DNA of 64,000 nt from Selaginella moellendorffii (Eukaryota > Plantae > Lycopodiophyta). The notes below the pieces were generated by a model, which had not been told where the DNA came from, did not search any database, and was given only the letters and a program-made list of their open reading frames with translations. The position numbers and the translations under genes were made by a program. The DNA is taken from positions 620,001-684,000 of the forward strand of contig NW_003314356.1 in NCBI RefSeq assembly GCF_000143415.4, read 5' to 3'. Every line of letters begins with the position of its first letter. Position 1 is the first letter of the stretch. Shown in pieces: positions 1-9,829 of the stretch.

Positions 1-1274
1 TCGGACGAGAGCAATCGTGTCCAATTGGAGGACTGGTGAGTTTAATCTTCACTTTCCGGCTTTAGAGGGATCTAAAGCAGAATGTTTTTCAGGAGGCGGT
101 CCCGAGTGAGCGGCTTAACTTAACGTGCACCATCTGCCAGCAACAACAAGGAGCATGTATCAAGGTTTGGAGTCTTTTTAACTCGAATTTCGTTACGGAC
201 CTTTATGTTTTTTTACTCCCAGTGCAACTTCGGTCACTGCTCCGGTGCTTTCCATCCTATGTGTGCACGAGACTCTGGGCTTTATATCAGTGCGCGAAAT
301 ATCAATGGCAGAGCTCATTACCGAGCATTTTGTGAGCGTCACAGTCCTCAACAGAGAGCAAAGGTTTGCTTAGTCCACCTTTTTCAAACATATTTCACGC
401 GCACTAATTGGTCAAAACTCTGTTCAGTCAGCTGATTTCGTCTCTCAGGCGGAGCTGAAGCAGTATGGTTCTCCGGACGAGATAAATGCACTGCGGCAGA
501 TTCGGGTATAAAAGCTTCTCCTGTTCTTCTCTCCCTTTTGCTGAAGGTGTTTCATAGGTTGAGTTTGAGCGTGTTCGGCTTATTTGCGAGCGCATCTGCA
601 AGAGAGAGCGGATCAAGGTAGACCACTTCCACGGTTGTTTCTTTTGATGCATTCTAAGCCTCGTGTTCTTTCCAGCGGGAGCTGACACATTGTATTAAAG
701 ATTTGTACATTAATCAGCTTGTAGCTGTCGTGGGAGGGCACTCGGTGGATCAAGCTGTGAATCATCAAAAACCAGGTGAAGGAAACGGGCCACTGTACAG
801 CGATAGCCTTTTGGACGTGCCTTGGACTGCCGAGTCGAGGCTGACGGAACCTATCTGGCCGGCCGGAAGAAATAACAACACCAAAGAGTTGACATGGTCG
901 ACGACGAAAGCAGACGCAAACACTGGAATCCGGGATCAGAAGAAGCTCAGAAGATTCAACCGGGTAGCGTCTCTGTCTTGTCCTCTTTTGTGGTTCGTGA
1001 CTGATTCTCACCTTTGATTGTGCAGCACTCGGAGCCTTTGGGTCGAGAGAAGATAATGACCCCCACTGAGGCCTCGATGCACAACAGGCTTTTGCCGAAA
1101 GGATTCGCTTACGTTCCCGTGGATGTGCTCGAGAAAGGGGTGATGAAGCGGCAACAGGAACAAGCTACAGTGCAACCGCAGCAGCAGGAAAGCGATCAAC
1201 AGCAGCAAAATCATCAACACCAAGATCATGGTCAAGACGAGCATAAATTGGAAGGAAGAAAGAGTGAGAGTTGA
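1..1274 (+). CDS. 3' part of an extended-PHD (zf-HC5HC2H, BRPF/Jade-like) finger protein; multi-exon, 5' end outside the window
   Basis: Spliced reading gives LTCTICQQQQGACIK/CNFGHCSGAFHPMCAR...RAFCERHS, then the helix VEFERVRLICERICKRERIK and HNRLLPKGFAYVP; short GT-AG introns; stop at 1272-1274. Confidence 0.85.
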
Positions 1275-1454
1275 GAGAGCGGATGACTAATTTTCCAAGG
1301 CTTAGTTTATCTGCTCTAGTGAGGAAAGGGACCAAGTTTGTGTACATTCGTTCTCCCCAAAGAGAAAGGCAAAAAAAAAAAAAAAGAACTTGTAAGATGG
1401 TCCCTCCGCGTTTAAATTTGAATTTGGCGCTCTGGTTTTAGGGTTTATGGAAGA

Positions 1455-2392
1455 ATGGCGATATTTCTCATCTTTCTCATCGTCACTGGCTTGATCTCCC
1501 AATGCGGCGAGGATGGAGCGATTCACACAAGCGATGGGATCGATCTGGATCGCTATTGCGCCGCTGGCGATGCTTCTTGCAGGAATCCGGCGCCAAGGCG
1601 TGGTCTTCTCTTGGGTATTTCCAGATTTTTCAGTGTTTCGTCACGGATTTCGCCTCATCGTGATTCAGGCGCGTGCCGCTGCTGCCGCCATGGAGATTGG
1701 AGGGCGGATTATGGCACATCGGAGCGACAACAGCCGCAATGTTCCGGGATTTGGCAGCGAATGAGTCGTTTGAGGATCCAACGGAGCTTGCTTTACAGTT
1801 CTTGGCAAGATTGGACGAAGGAACGCTCTCCACGATCGGTCTGGGTACGCTATGCGCTTCAGTTCTTCGTCATATGCCAGTGTATTGGAGAAATGCCCGC
1901 GCTTGGACATCGAAGCCAGATGGTAAGGAACTCTTTCTTTTCTTTACTCCAGATTTTCATGAAAGAACCAGGGTCCGGGACTGTAACATTTGCGGAAGTT
2001 CCCCATATACCGAGCTTGCTCCATTACACTCTACGAGTTCTCCTAAGCCAGGTTTGAATTGATCATGAACTGTCACTACGATTCCAATTCTTTTGCTTTG
2101 CTTCCTATCATATCGTAGTGGCACGAGATCTCGGAGGAAAAGGGGAAGCATCTGGAGAAGTTCTTGATGGTTGCAGACTTCACATTCTCCTTCCTTCGAA
2201 TCCACCCGTTTCTCGACGGCAATGGACGATGCAGCCGATGGATGGCAGGTTCGTTTTCTTCCTTGCTTCTTCTAGAGATTGATTCCGACTCGCTTTGATC
2301 ATACAACAGGCTGGATGATGTATAGAGAGCTCGGGTTTGAGCTCAAACTTCCAGATGCCAACGAGACAACTCGCTACAAGGTTTTTCTCTAA
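1455..2392 (+). CDS. Spliced Fic/Fido-domain protein (Fic-A); N-terminal exon structure uncertain, possibly frameshifted
   Basis: Exon 2119-2248 reads WHEISEEKGKHLEKFLMVADFTFSFLRIHPFLDGNGRCSRWMA, with the canonical Fic motif at 2203-2238. Upstream exons give YWRNARAWTSKPD/EPGSGTVTFAEVPHIPSLL. Putative introns 1615-1668, 1923-1965, 2052-2118, 2249-2309; last exon GWMMYRELGFELKLP...YKVFL*. Confidence 0.7.
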
Positions 2393-2541
2393 GAAAGAAA
2401 CCATTGTAACGTTACAAGAATTTTGAATATCAGCCGTCCGATTTCTTATGATCCAACGGATGCCCCTAAATATATATTATCCTATTTAAACTAGGGAATA
2501 TAAAAAAGTTTGTATTAGGGTTTGTCAGCGAGGGTTGAGCG

Positions 2542-3633
2542 ATGCTCCTTCGATTCATCCTCGCGATCGCTCTTGTGATCGCAGTAGACGCACGGGCGTC
2601 GGGAAAGGCGGACTACGAGGTCTCGGCGAATCCATTCTGGCGATCCAGCGACGCAGTGAGCACTAGCGAGCTCGTCTCTAGGATCCACGAATTCCGAGAT
2701 CGATACAGGCAGCTCCCGGAGGAGCACAAGCGGTGGGCGAGAGAGAGCTATGGCCCCGAGGCTCTGTTGCAGTACCTCTTCCAGGTAAACAAGATCGAGG
2801 GAGAGGGATTTGACACCTTTGAGGAGACGAGGGAAGCCATTCTTCGGGGCAAAGCTCTTGAGCTGGGAGATGTGATTCAATCCGATAGGAGGCTGGAAGC
2901 CGTGCGCTGCCTCGACCGAGCCTTGAGGATTTTCCTCCCGGATCACCAAGAGAATGGCACAGTGGTCGAGCTCCTCAGTGTTCCAAAGATCTTGGAAGCT
3001 CACCAGGAGCTCATGGCGAGCACAAAGCCCGAGTTTGCAGCACACTTGAGGCGAGAGATGCACGAAGTGGTGTTTACCAGGACGCTAGCGGGTGGAATTC
3101 ACGTCTTTTTGTGGCCGACGCGAGTGGAAGCAGCGCTGGAAGAGCTGGTGGCGAGCTCCAACGAAGAACTCAAGGAGCTCATCGCCATCGACGAGGCGGA
3201 GTTCTCGGCCGAGAGCTTGGAGGCGATCCTCAAGTTTGGTGCCAGGGTCTTCTTCGAGTTTGAGAACGTCCATCCTTTCCTGGACGGGAATGGCCGGGTT
3301 GGGAGGATCGTTCTGGCAGCACTCCTTCGCAGCGTGATGCCGTTTCCCAATGTTCTCCTCGTGGAGAGAAGCGATGGCAATGCGGATGAACCTCCTTTCG
3401 TGGACAAGAGGGACTACTATGAATGTTTCGCTAGAGCTCAGGAGGAGCAAAAGTTTGAGATGGTTCGCAGCGATGGCGCTGGTGCCTCTCGGATTGTGGT
3501 GGCGGAGGAGAATGTTGCCAATGCCAGGATTTATCCTCCAGCGGATCTAGCTGCGCTGGTTATCGAGGGAGTCTACGTTGGATGGAAGAGATTTTTCGAT
3601 GCTCTTGGCTCTCAAAGTTTTGCCACCTTCTAG
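2542..3633 (+). CDS. Intronless Fic/Fido-domain protein with N-terminal signal peptide (Fic-B), 363 aa
   Basis: Hydrophobic leader MLLRFILAIALVIAVDARA; intact HPFLDGNGRVGR at 3271-3306; VNKIEGEG resembles the Fic regulatory helix motif (S/T)xxxE(G/N). Confidence 0.92.
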   Translation: MLLRFILAIALVIAVDARASGKADYEVSANPFWRSSDAVSTSELVSRIHEFRDRYRQLPEEHKRWARESYGPEALLQYLFQVNKIEGEGFDTFEETREAILRGKALELGDVIQSDRRLEAVRCLDRALRIFLPDHQENGTVVELLSVPKILEAHQELMASTKPEFAAHLRREMHEVVFTRTLAGGIHVFLWPTRVEAALEELVASSNEELKELIAIDEAEFSAESLEAILKFGARVFFEFENVHPFLDGNGRVGRIVLAALLRSVMPFPNVLLVERSDGNADEPPFVDKRDYYECFARAQEEQKFEMVRSDGAGASRIVVAEENVANARIYPPADLAALVIEGVYVGWKRFFDALGSQSFATF

Positions 3634-3700
3634 CCTTGTAAAAACATGAAATTTTTAACTGTCGTTGAAATGATCAAAGCTCTACAAAGAAGGAAAAGAC

Positions 3701-5818
3701 TTAACTTTTTTGCAAAGTTTCCATAAGCATCCTTGCTGCCGAGTCTTTGGCCTTGTTGATCGTAGGCCTTGGCTGACCGATGCATTCTTGTTTCTCTCCT
3801 TGCTCGATACGAACCGATGCTGTGCATGTAAACATCTTTGCGTGGGCCGGCCCGGTTTCACTGTGTGTGCTGCAAAACGAAGATCGATAAAAAGATGGAG
3901 AAAACTAGAAACTTACTTGTAGTCTGGACATGGCCAGCCTCTCTGAGAGCACAGCTCATGTAGCGCCTGTCTTGAGAATTCTCCACTCGTTTTTTCTTCT
4001 TGAGACGGTGTTAGAGGGGACGCGCTTTTGTCGAGCTTCGCTATTGCATTGATGGCCGCCAGCTTCTTCGCCATCTTCTTTTGGACGTTTGTACCACGGC
4101 CGAGAACTTTGTTTCCGACGAGAGCCCTGGCTAGGAACAGATCCCCGGACAAGGAGTAATCCCATTCCAGTTTTTTCATGTGCTTGTCACAGAGCTCGTA
4201 GAGCTCGCGGACTGGATGGATTGGAACTGCTTCTGGTGTCACCAGCGGCTGTAGCAATGGCTCAAAAACCTGCGATTTCATGTTTAAGAGAAAGAAAGGA
4301 AAAAAGAAAAACAACAGACCTTCCAGACTTGATCCAAGTTTAAGCCACTGTCAATGTAGAGTGCCCCAACGAGTGATTGGAAAACATCTCCTAACACCTT
4401 CGGTGCCTTGACAGCTCCAAAACCATACGAATAGATGGCATTCTCTTCCATATTAAGCGCATGTTTCGCATAAGTTTTTATCTGCGCTGCAAAGGAAACT
4501 ACTCGTCAAGAAAAGAGATCAACAACTTACTTGAGAGTGGAAGTCATTCGATTCGTGCAAGATATGAGCATGGAGCTTGTGCTTGACCATTGCTCGAGCA
4601 AAACTCTCGCTGTTAAGAGCTGCACAGCGCAAGTCTGTCAAGCGCCCGGGATGTAAGTCCTTGTAGGAGAAGTATATGTGCCTTGTCAAGAGATGGTCCA
4701 GCACAGCATCACCTATAAACTCGAGACGCTCGTAAATAGGAACCATGGAAGCTTGCCGAGAAGAAGAGTGCGTGAGAGCCTGAGCGAGCAGATTTCTCGA
4801 TCCAAAACTATACCCGAGTGTGTTTTCCAGCCCCTCAAAGTCGATCGAATTGAGAACCTCTGGAGAAACAACACTTCCAGCCCTGGCGATCTGGAGCTCG
4901 GCATCGCTAAAGCCTGTCTCGATACCAAGCCACTCCACTACGTGCCGAGCACCTTTGTCGCCATGGTGGACGTAGTAAGCTCCGATCAGTGCTTCCACCA
5001 CGTTTGCCAGGACTTTACTTGAGAGCTCTTGGAGATCCGTGGGCTCTCTTCCAGGCACGAAAGGATTTATCCTCACGTAAGTCTCAAGTCCTTTCTCCAA
5101 GGCAAGGTAGTGAAGCGCCGAGTTTGAGATGATCTTTCCACGCGTGATCGTGAGCTCTCCTTCCGGAAAATCTGAGAACTTTAGATAGAGTCTGGTGCTC
5201 ACGGCCCACTTGAGATACGCATCGCCGAGAAGTTCTATGCGCTCGTAGCAGTATGGCTCGTGACAATTAGCAGCGGTGAGAGCTTCCAAGATCTGCAAAC
5301 AGAAGAATTCTATGAGACTGTAGAGAAAACAAGGAAAGAAATCAGACCTTTGAAGCGGGGATGTTGTAGTTTATTGCTTTTCTCAGCTGGATAGCCTGCA
5401 TCATACGCTCCACCCGGTTCCTCAAATGTGGGAGCTTCTCAGTCCCTTTAGATACAAGCTCGGAAAAATTATGGATAAAACCAGCATCAAATTCTTCTTG
5501 CTCATCTAGCGAGAAATTCCAAAAATCACGACATAAAAATCTAGCTCGCAGCTAAACCTGAGAAGAATATCAAGTTCTCACCACGAATTCTCTTCCAAGG
5601 CTGCTGCTGCTGCTGGCCCGACTTGTAGCAGCAGAAGAAAACCACAAAACTCACAACCAAATTCCACTTACTAGTCTCGAATGGCGCCGACGACGAGCAT
5701 GCTCTGGCGCCGCGCCACCGGGAGCGCAGCGCTCGAATTCTCGGAGAAAATCTGTGCTGGAGCTCCAAAGCCTTGAAACAAGGCAGTGGATTCGCGAGGA
5801 GCATACCGCCCTCGTCAT
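3701..5818 (-). CDS. DCL1-derived protein: two RNase III domains plus two dsRBDs, no helicase, DUF283 or PAZ
   Basis: LPHLRNRVERMMQAIQLRKAINYNIPASKILEALTAANCHEPYCYERIELLGDAYLKW closely parallels the DCL1 RNase IIIa entry; second domain ERLEFIGDAVL...KAPKVLGDVFQSLVGA; dsRBDs HPVRELYELC and SRQALHELC...GPAHAKMFTC...KAKDSAA; stop at 3701-3703. A consistent 7-exon model starts at ATG 5818. Confidence 0.85.
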
Positions 5819-5877
5819 AAACCCTAGCGAATATCCCCCAAACGAAGATATTTTGAATTTGGGCGCCAAGAACACCC

Positions 5878-8800
5878 TCACCGGGCGTGGGGTTGGGCGA
5901 AGACCGAGCTTAGATCCATGGTCGACCGTGGATTTCTGGGCGCATCCAGGTGGTAGGGAGTTCCCGCTGCTGCTGCCCGCGATGATTCTACGTCATCGTC
6001 GAATTGGTCGGGATTGTGTGGTTTTGGCGATGATTCGAGGCCGACCGGCTCTTCTTCGAGATCCAGAGCCTCCTGGAGCTCGCGCGCCACCTCCGCCATC
6101 GTTGGTCGATTCACCCCATGCGGCTCCACGCAATACATTGCGATCTCGCCGACCTTCCACAGAGATTCCATCCGGGGAGCGTCGCCAAGCGCTGGATCCA
6201 CGATGCTCTTTATGTCCCCCTTTTGGAGAGCCGCTCGAGCCTGGAAGAAGAAGAAGAGGAATCCATGAGCTCGATCGAAGAAGAACTACGCGAGAGATCG
6301 CACTGACCCACTGGACGATGTTGGATTCCGGCTCGAAGAGCTCGGGACTGAGAGGCTCTCTCGCGGAGATGGTCTCGAGGAGAACGATTCCAAAGCTATA
6401 GACATCGCTCTTCTCGGTGAGGCGTTGGTTCATGTAGTATCTGCGAAGAGAGGATCGAGCTTTAGAGACAGAAGTAGAAGAAGAGAGAAGAGCTCTTACT
6501 CGGGATCCAAGTATCCCACTGTTCCTTTGACAGTGGTGGAGACGAGGCTCGACCCTTCCGAGGTCATTTTGGAGAGGCCAAAGTCGGCAACTTTGCCAGT
6601 TTTCTTGTCACTGATGAGAATGTTGCTGCTCTTGACATCTCGGTGGATGATACTCGGATTGCATCCAGTGTGGAGATAATCCAGGCCTGGATAGAAGAAG
6701 AAGAAGATAAAAAAAGTTCTTTTTGGACAACTTCCAGACCTTTTGCTGCGTCCAAAAGAACTTTGAGCCTCGCAGTCCAGTCCAGGACGAGTCGATCTTC
6801 TTCTTTGGCTGGCAAAGAACAATAAAATCTTAGCACTTGTGCTTTGCTCGATCTCCAGAATCACATACCGTAGAGGCAATCTCTCAGCGTTCCTATGTGC
6901 ATGAACTCGTACACGAGGATTCGTTCTTTTCCTTCTTGGCAAAATCCCAAGAACGAAACCAAGTTACGGTGGTGAATGCGAGACAAGAGCGTTACCTGAA
7001 AGAGCTCAAGTTCATTGAAAGATCCAAGAGGAAGAAGAAAGAACTTACTTCGTTGGAGAATTCTCTGGCTCCTTGGTGCGACGTCGCTGATAACACTTTG
7101 ATCGCAACTTCTCTGCCGTTCTTGAGCCTTCCATAGTAGACAGTTCCAAAACCACCGGAGCCAATCTTGTTGCCAAAGTTGTTTGATGCTTCTTTCATCT
7201 CTTGGAACGAGTAGCGATACGCATCGCTTGGTTGCTCCTGGACGAAGCTCCCACTGTCGGATCCGTGAGACTGGTGTGTAGAGATCATGGACGTGAAAGA
7301 GTCCGCTGCTAGAGAGTTTTTGCCTTCGTTAGAGACGAAATGGAAGAAACCAGAGAACGAAACTTTCAGGACTTACGCTGGTCCGCAGTAGTTTTTGATG
7401 GAGTGCTTGCCTTATATGATCTCCGCTTCTTTCTCAAGAACACGAAGTATATTGCTGTTGCTGCTCCCGCGCAAAGAATTATCCCTCCTATCAATCCACC
7501 AACAATTCCTCCGATAACTCTCGATCGTGAGTAATTGTTCGAGCAATCCCTGGTACACAGGTTTGGATTTCCAGAGTACTGGAAATCCAAGCCACGCCTG
7601 TTTAGAAGGTCCTCGGGTATACTTCCAGTTAAAAGGTTGTTCTGGAGGTATCTAGCAACAGGAGAAATGAATGGAGTCTGTAAAATAATTGGATTGACAA
7701 GAGCTACTTACAGTAGTTGGAGTGTTTGTATATTTTCGAGAGATTCCGGAAAGTCTCCGCTAAGACGATTGCTTTCGAGATGCCTGGAACTTAGACGCTC
7801 AAAAACCTCCCTAGGAGAATTCACTAAACTTACAGTTGTCTCAAGACAGAGAGTCGACTCATATCGGGTATAGAACCTGACAAGGAATTGTTTCGGAGAT
7901 CTCTGCGGGAAGAAAAGAAATGTAAGACGTGAGATGAGAAACAAAACTGGACGAAGATCTTACAATATGTTTAAGCCTGTCATTTGAGAAACACCAGCAG
8001 GGATTGTACCATTCAAGTTACTGTTTGGAAGTATTCTGTTCAGCACAAAAACAAGCTTCGAACTTGAACAAAACAATGGTAAACATTTTCAAAGCTTACA
8101 TTCCATTAACTCTCGGAATTCCATCGTTGCTGCAAGTTATCCAGTCCCACATCACGGGAAGACATGGATCTCCCGTCCCAGAGAGTCCAAACTGCTGAAT
8201 GAATTGGCCGAGAGAATTCACTGCAAAAAAAGGATCATATGAAATGAAAGCGTAGAAAATGAAGAACTTGAGTACCATCGTCCAAGTTTGTGGGAGATTG
8301 CCTGTTTACAATCCTCAGCACCTCCATGGCGTTGAGTATAGGACCCAAGTTTGCCTCCGCCGTTCTCTGGAAAGCAAAGTTTATGATTCCAGGCAAAGAG
8401 ATGTTGTCATATCCAGGTTCGTAGGCTTGAAACGCACCGATGTCATTCCGGAGGTTCACAACTTGGTTTCGAAAGAACGTATCGCTGGGCAGGATGAAGG
8501 TGAAAGCTCGAACGTCGCTGGCTCTCAACTCTTGGATCTCCGCAAAGTAAGTTCTTCCGAAAGCAAACGCCGGGAACTCTGGGATGAAGTAGCGATACGT
8601 CAAGCTTCCATTGGATCCCACCACTGCGGTTTGCATGACACGCTCGGGAGGCCTCTCGGCAGCCGTATCCACTCCTACCGTCGAAGTTGTGTTCACTCGG
8701 ATCGTCCCGGGAGCTTCCGCGGCGAGATTGTTTGGCCTGGTAAGATCCGACTGCCATCTTCGATCGACTATATCATCCGGATACCTGAAAGTTTTGCTGC

Positions 8801-9550
8801 AAAGTTGTAGAAAGGAAAAACTCTGGTGATTTTTCTTACCTCACGTCGTCGGTTGTGAGAGCTCCAAAGTTGATGCGAACGATATGTTGGAGGTGAGCTC
8901 GACCTTCGTATGGAGCCGAGTACATGGATCCAATCAGTTGTCTAAGCTCGAGAGTAGAGATAAATGGAACTCCAGTTCCTCCACTCACAAGACAAGCTTC
9001 CAGCGTCGATCCGGGGGAGAGAAACAGCATCTCCACGAAAACTTCACGATTGATATCTTCCACCCTCACTTCGGCCCAGCGCGTAACGTTGAGATATATG
9101 GTAAACTCGGGAGCAGTGTTTCGGCCATCGTAGTTTCCATAGAGAAAAGTTGCTCGGATGAGATACCGCTGGCTGGCATTCACAGGAAGCGAGTAGCAGC
9201 TCTTGCGATCGGGTCCAGGAAAAGATCGAAGCTGCCTGTATGGATTCCGGACGGAAGAGTTTGATACCTGACGGATGACGCTGTTACTTGCTCCACTCGA
9301 GAGGAAGAAAGCGTCTGGCTGCCACCGAATTCCGGTGGCTGGATCCGTGTAGCTTGCATTCGCTCCACAATCCAAGCTCAAAAATCCTGCCAAAAGGATA
9401 CAAAAGTTCCTTGCTTTAGAAGGGAAGAACTTCAAGGTAGGGGAAGAGATTTTCTTCTCACTCACCTGGTTGAGCTGAAACTTCGAGGCTAGTTTGATGG
9501 ATCACGAGCGCGACGAGCGAGAAAAAGAGGAGGAGAGAGATTCGATCCAT
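5878..9550 (-). CDS. Malectin-like domain LRR receptor-like kinase (LRR-I type), multi-exon
   Basis: Signal peptide [16 protein letters not shown]; GFLSLDCG and [13 protein letters not shown] (malectin-like); GDPC motif; short LRR exons; TM helix; kinase motifs [34 protein letters not shown]. Confidence 0.92.
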
Positions 9551-9829
9551 GGTGGCGATCACCCACAAGCCCAATCCATAGAAAACTACGAACCTTGGCA
9601 CGCATACTTTGCCGCTTGGGTCGTCTCAAATGGCGGCCGCATTCTAGGAAGATCTCTCGAGCACGACTTCTTCCTTCAATCAGGGCTACTACAGCAATAC
9701 GAGTTCCTTTACTAATTCTTTTGCTTTTCTGGTCTTCCGTTTGGTGGGTTTCCTGGCTGGAAAATCCAACCGAGATTCCAAAAGAAATCGCTGATCTGAC
9801 TTCTTTCTTAATCCATGCCACTACGCTTG

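Noticed and set aside
1455-2057. The 200-aa ORF-track protein as the true product
   Set aside because: It reads through apparent introns; the Fic-like core lies partly in another frame and continues in a downstream exon.
5754-6401. Long antisense or alternate-frame ORFs over GC-rich genes (also 14656-15360, 28219-29046, 30820-31611, 58924-59607)
   Set aside because: They are shadows of GC3-rich coding sequence on the opposite strand, with no recognisable motifs.
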